Positions 12,230 through 25,624 of a DNA stretch of 64,000 bases are shown here, in pieces. The position numbers and the translations under genes are program-made. The first letter of the stretch is position 1. Every line of letters begins with the position of its first letter. Source of the stretch: Mobula hypostoma (taxonomy: Eukaryota); the NCBI RefSeq assembly GCF_963921235.1, contig NC_086097.1, forward strand, positions 21,082,001 through 21,146,000. The letters are read 5' to 3'. The notes beneath the pieces were generated by a model. That model did not search any database. It was not told the DNA's origin and worked only from the letters and a program-made list of their open reading frames with translations.

Positions 12230-12775
12230 AAGAAAGCATTCTTCCAGGGTGCATCACAACCTGGTATGGAAGTTGTCCTGTCCAAGACCGGAAGAAGCTG
12301 CAGAAGATTGTGAACACAGCCCAGCACATCACACAAACCAATCTTCTGTCCTTGGACTCACTTTACACCGCACGCTGTCGGAGCAGTGCTGCCAGGATAA
12401 TCAAAGACACGACCCACCCAGCCAACACACTTTTCGTCCCTCTTCCCTCCGGGAGGAGGCTCAGGAGCTTGAAAACTCGTACGGCCAGATTTGGGAGCAG
12501 CTTCTTTCCAACTGTGATAAGAATGCTGAACGGATCCTGACCCGGATCTGGGCCGTACCCTCCAAATATCTGGACCTGCCTCTCGGTTTTTTTTGCACTT
12601 CCTTACTTTCCCTTTTCTATTTTCTATTTATGATTTGTAATTTAAATTTTTATTATATTTACTATCGATTTGTACTCCAGGGAGCGCGAAGCACAGAATC
12701 AAATATCGCTGTGATGATTGTATGCTCTAGTATCAATTGTTTGGCGACAATAAAGTAATAAAGTAAAGAAAATAA
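12230..12775 (+). mobile_element. Rex1-like LINE 3' end inserted into a tRNA-SINE
   Basis: ESIL..CITTWYG..RKKLQKIVNTAQHI..HPANTLFVPLPSGRR..SFFPTVIRMLN; aataaagt-repeat tail; SINE head at ~12195 and SINE body resuming at ~12780. Confidence 0.85.
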
Positions 12776-13439
12776 AGTAACAGCCCCAGCAACCTCAGTC
12801 CAATTCTGCTGTGTGTGAGGAATTTGTTGTACCATGTAGGTTTCCTCTGGGTGCTCTGGTTTCCTCCCAGTTTCCAAAAACATACTGGTTGCCCGTTAGG
12901 AAACAAATCTCAGGGTTGTATAATGGATGTATACTTTGATAATAAATGTACATTGAACTTTGAAGTTAATTGGTCACGTGGGTGTAAATGGATGGCACAG
13001 GATCTTCTGGCTGTAAGGGTCTGTTACTGAGTTGCGTCTCCAAATAATAATAATTAGCAGGCGATAGTACAGATTTCCAGCATCTGTGGAACCTTTTGTG
13101 TTTAGAAATAGGGTCGAGGTGAATGGGCTGGAAAGTTACACATTCTGAGTCAAGGATAATGGAGTGAAATGGATGGGTGGAAGCAGAGAGGTGAGAATCG
13201 GGAGTGTGGGCGAATTGAGGTAGGGTGAGGGAAAAAGGGAGGCTGGCTCTGTTGAGGGAAAGTAGGTAGAGGGGAGGCGATTGAGGATTTGTTTATTAAA
13301 CAAAATAAGCCGCTTGAGAGCCCATAAGTAGATCAACAGAACAAAGACCATCATCCTCGACCTCGAGGGATAGCCACGACGACCTTCAAAACCATAATTC
13401 AAAGCCAACTCGTCCTCAAACTGGTAAGTCTGGGACTCA

Positions 13440-13735
13440 GCTTTATTTGTCACGTGTCAATCGGAACATCGAAATCGACTCAAGTGAATGTGCCACTTGA
13501 GTCCACGACCAGTGAGGGTGTGCGGGGGATAGGTCACAACTGACACCATGCTCCAGCACCAACAGAGCATACCCACAACTTATTAACCCTTTGCAATGTA
13601 GGAGGAAACCCGAGCACCCAAACAAAACCCACGTGGCGACAGGGAGAATGTACAAACTCCTTACAGACGCTGGCGGGAATTGAACCTCGACCGCTGGTGC
13701 TGTAAAGCGTTGCGCTGATGGCCACGCCAACGTCC
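13440..13735 (-). mobile_element. tRNA-derived SINE
   Basis: Reverse complement has B-box ggttcaattccc and the same core as 2711-2960; further minus-strand copies at ~20500-20820, 21485-21815, 33210-33490, 34925-35140, 37745-38010. Confidence 0.7.
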
Positions 13736-13907
13736 CGCGAAGGGCAGACGTCATTCATTTGGGAGTGGCTCTGCTGTCTTGCTCTGGGCAGGTGCCGACA
13801 ATGCAGAGGGAATCTGAAGTTTATTTAAAGGTGGGGAAGACGGGCAGTCAAAGGGTGAGAGCAGGATCAGCCGAGTGAGAAATGCAAAAAAAAACCACAT
13901 TACTCAC

Positions 13908-13961
13908 TGCAATAACAGTTGTTCAGGCAATGCAATTAACAGCCCATCAAACAGGTCGTGC
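13908..13961 (-). CDS. Candidate 54-nt exon
   Basis: Acceptor tttacattcctgacag, donor CA|gtgagt; reads HDLFDGLLIALPEQLLL, phase 2 to phase 2, compatible with neighbouring candidates. Confidence 0.3.
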
Positions 13962-16855
13962 CTGTCAGGAATGTAAATCAGATTTGTGGTAATGTTTTGA
14001 CTGAATGCACGCAGAATGATATGTCTCTCCAAACGGAGTGTCTGTGAGCTGGATGCCTCAGGAGGCAGGAGCACTGACGGACTGAGACATCACCTCCACT
14101 GGCAACATTCCTCACGTTCTTCCTCAGCCTCCTGGGCCTACTGTGTGCCTGCAAAGGGGCCGCCTGCCGCCAGGCAGATGCTCATGGCTCCTTGAGATTT
14201 TATTCAGTACAGTATTCTCCATGACAATAAATCCAAAGTTCAAAGTAAATTCATCATCAAAGTACCCACTACCCTGAGAATCATTTTCTTGCCGGCATTC
14301 ACAGGAGAACAAAGAAGCAGAGTAGAATCAATGAAAAGCTATGCACACGGACTGACGAGCAACTAATGTGCAAAATAAGTTCAGCTGTTCAAATGCAAAA
14401 GATTAAATAATAATAACAAATAAATGCTAAATAAATAATACTGAGAAAATGAGTTATAGGGTCTTTGAAAGTGAGTCCATATTTTGTGTAGTCAGTTCCG
14501 TGTTGAGGTTGAAATTGTAACAGTGGCAGGCCATTCTCTCCCTCAAATCTCCTCTCCAATCCAACAAGCTTAAGCCACTGCAAATATTATTTTCCTGCCC
14601 TACCCCTGTAAAGCCTGGAAATCTACCCATTTCTGTCCGTAACCCAGTGACTAAGCCTCCGTGACCCCCCCCCCGCGATGCAACTCTTCCACACCCTCTG
14701 AGTTTCACTTCAGTCAAGAACAGCTAACTCCTTATTTTGAGTCAGTGACCCTTGAGGGAGAAACATCCTTCTTGTATCCAGGACAATGGTCAGTAGGGAG
14801 GGAGTGGGCTGAAGGGAAGTTTGACCTTCAGCCCACTTCAGCATGGAAGACTCTTTCTCCCTTCCTGTATAAGAGGAACCATTCAACACAAGTTCCTCAG
14901 CTTTTTTTTGAGAAACTGAATGTCTCGGGAATCAAGGTGACAAACTTGTATTAAATTTGTCTGGACGTCTCTCTTGCTTTGTCTGTATTCTGTTTTCATT
15001 TTAAGTGAACCTTTTAGTCTAATTGGCCTGCCTGCCTGCGTGTTTTGCATTCATTATCTCCTGTCTCATTGAGCATTCTGTTTTCAGAGCCTACAATCAT
15101 TTGTGGATATTGATTAAAAATGAGCCCATTTGCTGAAACGTCACGATCAGAGCAGAGAAAAAGAGTTGCTTTTCCTTCATGAAAGAAGAATTTAAAATCA
15201 GTGGTCACAATCCAGTGCTTTGTGCTACAACATTAGGAAATGTCACCCCAGTAAATTGAATTTTATGTTTTGAGCTCACTCTCTGAAGCCTGTGTATGAG
15301 ATGTGGAGTTTTCTCAGAGACAAGGACACCAGGATTCAGTGGTGGTGCAGTGTGAGGGGGAGATCAGGACAACTCTATACTGTCGCAGTAATGCTGTGGT
15401 GAAGCCTATCAAATGATGAGGAATCTCACGGTTTAGGGAGTGAACCAGACCATAAAGTCATAGAATCACTGAACACCACAGCACAGAAACAGGCCCTTTG
15501 GCCCATCTAGTCCATGCCAAACTGTTAATTTGCCTAGACCCATCGACACACACCAGGACCATAGCCCTCCATACACCTCTCATCCATGTACTCATCCAAA
15601 CTTCTCTTAAATGTTGAAATCAATCCTGCATCCACAACTCGTTCCACACTCTCACCACCCTCTCTGTGAAGAAGTTCCTCCTTAGGTTCTCCTTAAATAT
15701 TTCACCTTTCACCTATGACCTCTAGTTCTAGTCTTACCCAACCTAAGTGGAAAAACCCTGCTTGCATTTACAATATCTTACTCACTGCCCATTACGCTGC
15801 TGGCACTTAGGACAACAATGAAGGTCCTCCATCTCCGTCTGCCCTTGGCCATCTTCTCTACCGTGTCCCAGGTTGGATCTACACCCCTTGTAATTCTGTA
15901 CATCATTTTGATTTATCTTGAGGAAAGGTTCTGTAACCTGGGAGCATCGGTACTTATAGAGTGGGCATGTCTTTGCTTTTCTGGGATTTATATTCCCTCC
16001 TCATAAAAATGGAAAACTATCTTCCCAAAATTCAAACAGAAGGCTTAGTGAGTGGATGTGGGAACATGGGAGAGGACACTCAGACTCCCATCGCCTAAGA
16101 AAATGCTGCATGGAATAGTCCGATCAGGGTCATCGAGGGAGTCCAGGGATGTGGCTTTCCCACCACAATTATCACAGTACCAACTGAAGGTCAACTTGTG
16201 GTTGTTCAAAAAATCCTTCCCAAAGCTGATATTGCTCAAAGAACACAGAAGCAAAAACTCCAACTATAGGCTGCAAGAGAGACAGCAGATGCTGGCAATT
16301 GGGAGCAGCACAGGAGACGCTGGAGGGACCCAGTGGGTCAGCATCTATGGAGGGAAATGAACAATCGATGTTCTAGGTTGAGACCCTTTGTTAAGACTGA
16401 AGTGAGGGAGATAGCCAGTATAAAAGGTGAAGGGAGGGATTAGAGTGAGAGCTGGTAGGTGATAGGTGGATCCAGGTGAGGATCCATGATGGACAGGGAG
16501 GGGGACCTACAGAATCTCATGTTCCACTTGAACACTGCCATGTTACTCCCTCATGGCAATGGTCAGAGGGGGAATGGGAAGTGGGCTGAACTGTTACAGA
16601 AGCCTGACTACCACTAGAGTGGGAATGGTGTAAGTAGCTGAGGTGTGACAGGCTGAGGTAACGAAGGGTTGAAGAAGAAGGAGGAACCGGATGGGAGAGG
16701 ATGGTGGAGTGTGATGTTATTGAGCTTGCTGGCCGCAAAGTTCTGAACTCCACTGAAGACCTTTAGCCCCTCTCCGATATAAAAAGATCTGCCGTACCCT
16801 CACTACAGGGAACTTATAACGTAGCTACCTATCCCTCAAAGGCCAGATCACTTAC

Positions 16856-16943
16856 TTGTTTATCCTCCATGGCAAATTTAGCTGCCAGTATTGACTATTT
16901 GAGTGGTAGGCCCCTCTCCATATCAAGGAGGAGATACTTCCAG
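16856..16943 (-). CDS. Candidate 88-nt exon
   Basis: Acceptor tattttgttag, donor AA|gtaagt; one fully open frame GSISSLIWRGAYHSNSQYWQLNLPWRIN ending in phase 2. Confidence 0.3.
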
Positions 16944-18261
16944 CTAACAAAATAGTTTAAATGCAGTTCATTTTTTTTTAGGGATACACATTTAAACCCA
17001 GACGAAATTTTAAAAATAAATTTAAAACTCACAGAGGATTTCTATCTTATAAAATATTTCCAAATTACAAATAATTTCTAAAACACAAAGGATTTCCAAA
17101 ACACGGGTACATTTCCTATAAGCTAAACATGACATACCAACAAATTGCAGATGAACAAATTGTCGTCGAAAAATCGAAAACAGAGAAATAGATTGTAGTC
17201 ACCCAGTCTTTCTGTCATTCTTCTTGATGTTCCTTGGCCATTCCTAACAAGCCTGACTGCTCTCTAGCATTTATACTGTTTTTTTCTGCCACTTGGGTGA
17301 CATCACACACATTATATTATTTCAGATACTTTTTTACACAAAAGGTCTAAAAGCTTCTGGGGAGAGAGTTCTTAGACACCCACAATTAATACTGCGAAGT
17401 TTACTCTCTGAATACACAAATCTTCCAACTATTAATAGATCAGCTATTTGATGTGCTAATGATAATATCAATCTGGTCTGCAAGCTTCCTTAAATGAAAT
17501 AACTCGGCCAGCATTGTCTGGTTTGTAACAGGCCAATTAACATAACCCCATTGTCTTACACTGCAACCAGCCTCACGCTATGGACCAGCATTCAGTGCCC
17601 TCTAGCCAGTTCTGTTTGATTGCTAACCTGTCCTTTTAACTTCAGACTGATTATTGCTTGCCACTTACATTAAGAACTGAAGACTGGTTCCCTCTTATGA
17701 GAAGAAGTTGAACAAAGAAAATTAGTTGGAAGTTTAACTTACTCAAAAACAACTCTTCAATCTCTAGAAGTTTCAGCTGCCATGTTAGAAAGCTGAGCTT
17801 GGCAAAAAAAGGCCCTGTGGCCCCAGACAGTGAGTATCCATCACAAGACCGTGGAATAAAGATAAGGAGCTGAGGAGGGGAACCAGAGGGAAGAACGTGT
17901 GGGCAATGAGCAGATCAAGAGGGCAGGAAAGGGGACAGAGGACAGCATTGGGGTTGGTGGGTTAAGGGAAAGCAAAGGAGTTAGAGTTACCAGAAGTTAG
18001 AGAAATCTACTGTATGTTCATGCCAAATTATAGACTAATTTTCCATATCAAAAAATGCTCCACACAATGAAAAATATTACAAAGACATCTACATGTCTGA
18101 TGGCCAATAAGCTCTGGTTTCTTGGCCATAGGTTGCAATGAGCTCTGTGCATTGGAATGTGGGTGTAAATGGAGTTAGGTCGGGGTTGAATCTTGTACCT
18201 AACCTGCTCTATCAGTGCGAATACAGTTTGATGGCCATTTCACCTTCAACACGAGAGAAAC

Positions 18262-18511
18262 ACACACAAAATGCTGGAGGAACTCAGCAGCTCAAGAAGC
18301 ATCTATGGAAGGGAATAAACAGTTAACGTTTTGGGCCGAGATTCTTAATTATAACTGTTATCAGGACAATTGACCCTTCAGTGAATTCTGATGAAGGGTC
18401 TCTGCCTGAAACATTGACTTTTTTCCTCTCATAGATTTTGCCTGACCTGTTGAGTTCCTCCAGCATTTTGTGCGCGTTACTCTGAATTTCCAGCATCTGC
18501 AGAATCTCTTG
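18262..18511. mobile_element. PLE-derived fold-back element with hammerhead-like motif at 18388-18419
   Basis: acacaaaatgctggaggaactcagcag ... ctgttgagttcctccagcattttgtg inverted arms; CTGATGAAGGGTCTCTGCCTGAAACATTGACT. Confidence 0.75.
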
Positions 18512-21329
18512 AACATTGCCATGCTACTGGAGGAGGTGTACCCCCTCATGACAATGGTCAGAGAGGAGACAGGAGGTGGCTGAACTGTTACATAAACTTG
18601 ACTATAAACCTACTCGACACTCAGTGATGCCACCTCACAGTCAGAGGGATTGATTGCCTCGATACACATTACTAGACAGTGCTACTTAGCATTGGAAATC
18701 AACTTAGTACCTTTGGTGAAGAGGGAAATTAGCTCTGTTCAATTATTCAGTGTTTTACGTCTCCATGCTAACTGGTCATGGATTTTGTGAACAGAAGCCC
18801 CCCTCCCTTTGCCCCTATGTCTTTGCCCGACCTGCATCTTTTACAACCCACTACACCAACAGCCCTCCAACACGCAACCCTTGCAGATACTCCTGTGGGA
18901 AACAGGAGCTAGAACAACGAGGGAAAGGAACAAATAGCTAGTCAATAAATGCCTTCTCTAAGCTAGTCAACAATACTATTGTGAGGATGTAGCACCATTA
19001 ATCACCACTGTTAATTAACTTCACTAGAGTAATTATCTATATATTCAGTTACTCTCCATTCAATAAAAATCTCATAAATCACCTGTTAGAAAGTGCCAAC
19101 TTTACATTGTCCCAACCTTACCTCTCCTTTTGGTGTTTGAGTTGTGGGTGTTTTATTCCGGCTCATCTTTTCTTGAGTACGATCACTATTCACCCAAGGT
19201 ACCAAGTGAGATCTGCCCAAGCAACCGTGTCTGCTGCAGTTTGGCACAGCTAGGTTTGCTCTAGAATTATGTTTATCAAGCTGTTCCAGACAGGGACATG
19301 AAAACCAACTGATTAAACTAGCTTCCCAAACTGCCATAAGCTGCCAGAAATAATGACATTAAAATCAACGGCACTACATAAAAAATAGTCATATAAAAAC
19401 AACTTTAATAAAGGGCTGAACTATATTAGCACATTATAGGCCAGTACTCCTCTGCCTGTTTGAGTGCCAGATTACACCTGTAATAAAAACAGAAAATGAT
19501 GAACAAGCTAATGTGGATAGACAAACAGCCGATGGTTCAGGTCTGGAACTCTTCATCAAAACCAGGAAGGAGAGAACAACAAGTTAGTCTAGGTGGCATG
19601 GAAGTAATAAGGCAGTCGAGGGATGGTTAAAATCAGATGAGGATTGAATTGTTGATTAATGAAAGAAAAGGTTTTCAGAACACGGACATTACTTTATAGG
19701 CAAAGGACCAGGTCAGATATAGCTATTCGAGCAAGAAACCACAATGGTGATATTATAATGACCAGACAACCCATTTTAGGTGTTGATTGAGGGATAGCTA
19801 GGGTGGCGAGGTAAGCTTCTCTGAGGTCCTTCAAAAGGCGGGTAGCACCTCATCTGAAAGTGTCTCCCAGTCCTGCAATGCAACCAGTCGGCAACTCCAC
19901 CCCCAGATTTCAGGGGCGCAAACTGACCCCACACCACTCTCACTTAGAGCGCCATTTGGCAACAGACTCTAATTCAAAGCAAGCAGGGATATCCGGTCCT
20001 AAAGATTTAAAGATTAGTGTTGTTTGTAACATGTGTAGTACTGTGCAAAAGCCTTAGGCACATATGTATGGCTGGGATGCTCAAGTCATTTGCAGAGTAA
20101 TGTAATAATTTTATTTGTTGCACTGTACTGCTGCCGCAAAAAAAGAACTTTCATGATATATGTGAATGATGCTAAACCTGATTCTGATATGGGTCTCTAT
20201 TGTTGGCTGAGAATGGGAAAGGGGCAGGGGGAGGGGAATCATAGTTGGAAGAGGGGAGGGAGTGGGAAGCACCAGAGAGAGATTCTGTAATGATCAATAA
20301 AACAATTGTTTGGAATCAAATGCTCTTGCCTGGTTTCTCAGGGCTGGGTGTGTCTGCACCCACGCCACTCTCCCATCCCTGGCACTCTTTCTCTGCCACC
20401 TGTCCCACCCCCATGGCTCTCCACCCTTGCCATTTCCAACATCCTTTGCTCCCACCAGAATTCCAGACTCTCTGTCCGCTCCGAGTTGACAACTACAATA
20501 CTGTGCAAACGTCTTAGTCACCCTAGCTGTACAAATGGGCCTAAGACTTTTGCACAACACTCTACATCGAAATATACAATGAAATACGTCATTTGTGTCA
20601 CCAACCAGCACATTGTGTTGTGAGGCAGCCCCAAGTGTCACCACCCTTCTGGTGCCCACAACTAACTAACCCTAACCCCATGCCTAAAGAATATGGGAGG
20701 AAATGGCAGCATCCAAAGGAAATTCACGTGGTCACAGGGAGAACTCCTTACAGGTAGAGGCGGGAACTGGCAATCGTTGGCGCTATAAAGCGATTGCACC
20801 AATCACTATGTTACTATGTTGCCCAGGTCTATTGAGGACGGACCTGAGATCTATTTCCAAATTTGTATGGTATGCATCTGAAGGTGAAGGTGTTTCCAGA
20901 CCCTATGCCCTTGCTCTTCTTGATGGTACAGTTACAGACAGGTACTCCTTATGGATGGCAGTGGGAATCGAACAGCAATCTTACAGCGTTACTCTAACCA
21001 TTACACTACATACTGTTCCTGTGGTTCTTCCCAACCCTGTAACCTTGTGCTGCAGGTTGGCTGGAAACAGAGACCATTTGAGAATTGGTAACTAAGGCGA
21101 CCTGATGGGACACAGGATGATGGGATACGATCCTTCCCATGTGACTGAGCCCAGGGAGGGCGAGACAACCCAACAGTATCACATTGGTCACAAAATACAA
21201 AGGACAGAGTGCATCAGCCAGCACAGGAACTTGTGTATTCAGGAGCTGCTCCAGGAAATCAATAACTCCCCAAGTAATTATTGTGTGTTTGCATTTCATA
21301 TTCACTCCCCGTTCTCTACACAAAGAGCT

Positions 21330-21471
21330 CTATAGACTCTGTAAAACTTCCATATTGACTGAGCTGACTGCCGAGCATCCGCTGCTAACAAATCTATCAC
21401 TGAATGCCTGCTGCTGGTTTAACTTGTCGTTCCATTTAAAGGAATAATACTTCCTCATTTCAAGTGGCAAC
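21330..21471 (-). CDS. Candidate terminal exon, unknown product
   Basis: Acceptor tctctgtctttag; 46 open codons LPLEMRKYYSFKWNDKLNQQQAFSDRFVSSGCSAVSSVNMEVLQSL* in non-repeat sequence. Confidence 0.25.
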
Positions 21472-22646
21472 CTAAAGACAGAGATCAGCTTTATTTGCTA
21501 TTTGTACACGGAAACATTAAAACATACATAAAATGCATCAAATTGCGCCAACAACCAATGAATGGTTGCCATGTTTCTGGCGCTAATGACCAATGTAGGG
21601 CAGCCCACAAGAGTTGGCATGCTTCTGGCACCAACTTAGCATGGCCATATCTCACTAACCCCAACCCATACGCCTTTGGACTGTGGGAGGAAAGGGAGCA
21701 CCTGGAGAAACCCACGCAGCCATCGGGAGAACGTACAAACTCCTTACAGACAGTCATGGGAATTGAACCCTGACCTTACAGCTGGCACTGTAAAGTGTTG
21801 CACAAACTGCTATCATGACGATTCAACCGAACAAGAACTCACAGGAGGTACGCTGGTGGGTTACATCTCAGCGTGGTATGGCAACTACTCTACTCTGGAA
21901 CAATGGAACCTGTAGCAAGTGGTAAACACTACCTTGCCCACCCCAGGCTCGTCACTTCCACCCTGTCCATCTTCACAAAGTGTTGCATCAGGAAGACCAA
22001 CTTGGCCAGTTCCATTTTTCTCTTCTGCTTTCCAGGAAAAGGTAGAGGAGCTTGAAAGCCAGGACACCCAGACTTAGGAATAACTTCTCCACTGCTATTA
22101 GGCCTCTAATCCAGTCCCTGTTTTCAGATCCCACGCCCAGTGGTTCTCAGACGCTTCATTCTACTTCTCTCTGTTATTCAATTATTGTCACTTTAAAATT
22201 TCTTTTTGCGCTAGAGAAATGCACAGCAATATTTTGCTATTTTGCGCTCATCTTCGTATTTATTATTAATGTTGGATCCTGGTGTTTTTGTGATGCTGAA
22301 ATTCTTTAGAAGTCAAGATTGAGGCACAAAACTTTGTTGCTTATGGCCATTTTTTTGAGTATTCCAAGGATTCAAGTTCAAGTCTATTGCCATCTAACCG
22401 TACACATGTATACCACCAAACGAAACAACGTTCCTCTGGACGAAGGTACTCACACAACACATAAAATAAATGAACAAATCACAAGATATATTCCAGAAGA
22501 TTGACGTTCAGAATAAGGTGCATTTACGACTCAAGTTAAGAAATAAACAGCATAATGACTATGGCACTTCATAAAGACAAACTGAGAACGAAACCCAGCT
22601 CTGACTAAAGAGATAACAACATCCTAGTCATAACAACTAGACTACA

Positions 22647-23170
22647 AGCAACACACACAAAATGCTGGAGTGTTGGATGAACTCAGAGGGTCAGGCAGCA
22701 TCTATGGGAATGAATAAACTGCCAACGTTTTGGGACAAGACCCCTTTTCAGTACTGGAAAGGAAGGAGGAAGACACTGGAAGAAAAAGGTGTGGGGTGTG
22801 GGGTGGGGAAGAAGGATATCTAGAAGGTGATAGGGGAAGCCAGGTGGGTTGGAAAGGTGAAGGGCTGGAGAAGAAGGAATCTGATAGGAGAGGACCATAG
22901 GAGAAAGGAAACATAGAAACATAGAAAATAGGTGCAGGAGTAGGCCATTCGGCCCTTCGAGCCTGCACCGCCATTTATTATGATCATGGCTGATCATCCA
23001 ACTCAGAACCCTGCACTAGCCTTCCCTCCATACCCCCGATCCCCGTAGCCACAAGGGCCATATCTAACTCCCTCAGAAAGGAGGGGGACCGGCGGAACTG
23101 ATAGGCAGGTGAGAGAGGTAAAGGGCCAGAGTGGTGAATAGAGAAAGAAGGGAGGGGGAGGGAATTTTTT
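22647..23170 (-). mobile_element. PLE terminal/3' region with nested CR1 3' end (~22908-23075)
   Basis: PLE terminal motif followed by purine-rich tract; nested aaacatagaaacatagaaaataggtgcaggagtaggccattcggccc CR1 tail. Confidence 0.7.
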
Positions 23171-23654
23171 TCTCTATGAAGTGTATAAAGTAGCCAGATT
23201 GAATTGATGTGACATGTGCTACAGAAATCTAATGGATTTCTAGAGAAATACAGGCGAAGCTTTACTGCTGATACAATAAGGTCTCTTAAGAGCCTCCTAG
23301 ATGGATATATGGAGCTTAGAAAAATAGAGGGCTATGCGCCAGGGAAATGCTAGGCAGCGTCTAGAGTAGGTTACATGGTCGGCATAACATTGTGGGCCAA
23401 AGGGCCTGTGATGTGCTGTAAATTTCTATGTACAATGATTGGAGAATTCACTGAACAACTCCACTTACATCAATGATTACAGTATACAAAAATACAAGCA
23501 AGCATAGGAGAGTTAAATTACAAGAAATATAACATTCTATAAGCTAATCCAACGTTACCATGTACACTGTTTACTCTGTGAGTTTCACATGAGCAAGGAG
23601 TTTTGTTGCACCCTGTTGTATCTAGTAATAGACTAATCTGAATCTTAATGCTTT

Positions 23655-24340
23655 AAGGAAGGAGAAGATGGCGACGCGACACAGCTCGCAGCGGCCACTC
23701 CGGTGGTGATGTCTGTTATTTGTCAAGTAGGGTGCCGTGCACAATCCTGATTTGATGGAGACGGATGTGAGAGCACGGAGGAACATCTGGTGAAACTTCT
23801 GAAATGCCTTCTTTGCTGCTGCTGCTACTGTGTGATCCTGAATCTCTGGAGGGGAAGGCTCCGAGTCCTCGGCTTTGCTTGTTGCTCGGCGGCCGGGGTG
23901 GGGTCAAAGCGCTCGGCAGAGGATGGTGCTCGGAGAGGCTGTGTTGGAAGGGCTGGTCGGAGGCTCGAAGTTTTCGGATGGACTCAGAGTCCGCTGGGGT
24001 CGGGTGCTTCCAATGGTGCTGCATCGGCAAGTTTGAGGTGCTTGGAGGTTCATGGCAGGGAGAGTTTCTCACTTCTACCGTCTGCGTGGGATGATGAGGC
24101 TATTGGAACTTTGAGACTTTTTTTTTACCGTGCCCATGGTCTGCTCTTTATCAAATTATGGTATTGTTTTGCACTGTTGTAACTATAGGTTATAATTATG
24201 TGGTTTTGTAAGTTTTAGTCTTGGTTTGTCCTGTGTTTTCTTGTGATATCATTCTGGAGGAACGTTGTATCATTTTTTAATGCATGCATTTCTAAATGAC
24301 AATAAACGAGGACTGAGTGTCCTCATAATCTAATCTAATC
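23655..24340 (+). mobile_element. Second copy of the ~660-bp non-autonomous retroelement
   Basis: Colinear with 3640-4299; starts aagatggcgacg, ends ataatctaatctaatc. Confidence 0.8.
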
Positions 24341-24929
24341 GAATCTGACAGACCAGAAAGAGTCAAGTGAACCCACCTGTTAAAGTGTAGTGTCACTTCC
24401 CTTTTATTCAGTGTTACCCACACGCTTTCTTGTATTCTTTTTGCATTAATACAACTTGGCAAATAGTTTGAAGTGAACTTCGTTTCTCTTTAAATTTATT
24501 TTGTTAATTCACCTTGTGTCTTACTTTGTTTCAGATTCGGGGTCCAAAAACTGGCGGCCACACTGGCACCCCCTAGGAGAGAGGGGTCCTGGACCAGAAG
24601 GGGAGGTGAGTGCTGAACGTTGGGACGAGTCCCATCTTCAGGTTGTTGTTGAAGGAAGTAGAAGCAGTGTGAAGGAGATCTATTTTAGATTTGGACTTGA
24701 AATGGTCCCGTAAATCTTCAAGAAACAAGAATATTCTGTGGGAGGTGGAAATCAGAGATTGCTTTGAATGAACAGACTCAATGGGCTGAGCCGTCTCTTT
24801 CTGCGCTGTATTCTTCCTGGCTGGTTGGAGATTACTGACCTTGTCCAAGGTGATGTAGCCCGTTAAGCACTGGGTCAGTAATTGCCAATCAAAGGGTCAA
24901 TGCTCCTAAACATGGTTTAACACAGTGGA

Positions 24930-25592
24930 ATGAATGATCTATCTGGACTGCACTCCAGCAAAAACTCCATCTACAAGTTCTTAGATGATATCACCATAGT
25001 GGGCCGTACCTCAAATACTGATGTTCCAGAGGTCAGGAAGATGGTAGAGAGCCTAGTGACATGGTATCATGATATCAACCCAGCCTACAATGTCAGCAGA
25101 ACAAAAGAATTGATCATTGATTTCTGAAAGAGGATGGTGCACACGCTCCTGTTTACACCAACGATGCTGAGGTTGGGCGGGTTGAGAGCTTTAAATTCCT
25201 GTTCTGGTTGATGTCACAGCCAAGAAAGCTCACCAGCATCTCTACTTCCTTAGGAGGCCTGAGAAATTTGCAAAACCTCACCAATATTTTATCCATGCAC
25301 CTTAAAAACCATCCCATCTTCATGTATCACGGCTTGGTATGGCAACAGCTCTGCATGTGACTGCAAGAAACTTCTGAGAGTTGTGGACAGAGCCCAGCAC
25401 ATCACGGAAATCAGTTTTCTCTCCACGGGCTCTGCCTATACTTCCTGTTGCCTTGATAAAGCAGCCAGTTTAATAAAGAGACCCCACTCTCCCTGGACAT
25501 TCACTTTTGTCCCCCTTCCATCATGCAGAAGACACAAAGGCCTAAAAGCATGTATCACCAGGCTCAAAGACAGCTCCTGTTCCCTGTCATAG
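24930..25592 (+). mobile_element. Decayed Rex1-like LINE RT 3' fragment
   Basis: SIYKFLDDITIVG, NVSRTKELIIDF, RAQHIT, FVPLPSCRR..TRLKDS. Confidence 0.8.
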
Positions 25593-25624
25593 AACAATTC
25601 CCTAGAACAAAAAGATTATTCTCC

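Noticed and set aside
13350..13430. Plus-strand exon ending at ctg|gtaagt
   Set aside because: No acceptor or open partner found, and the segment resembles an RTE-type repeat end.
17646..17829. Plus-strand coding exon with strong branch point, acceptor and donor
   Set aside because: All three frames contain stops. It could be a non-coding exon, and it shows that chance splice signals are common here.
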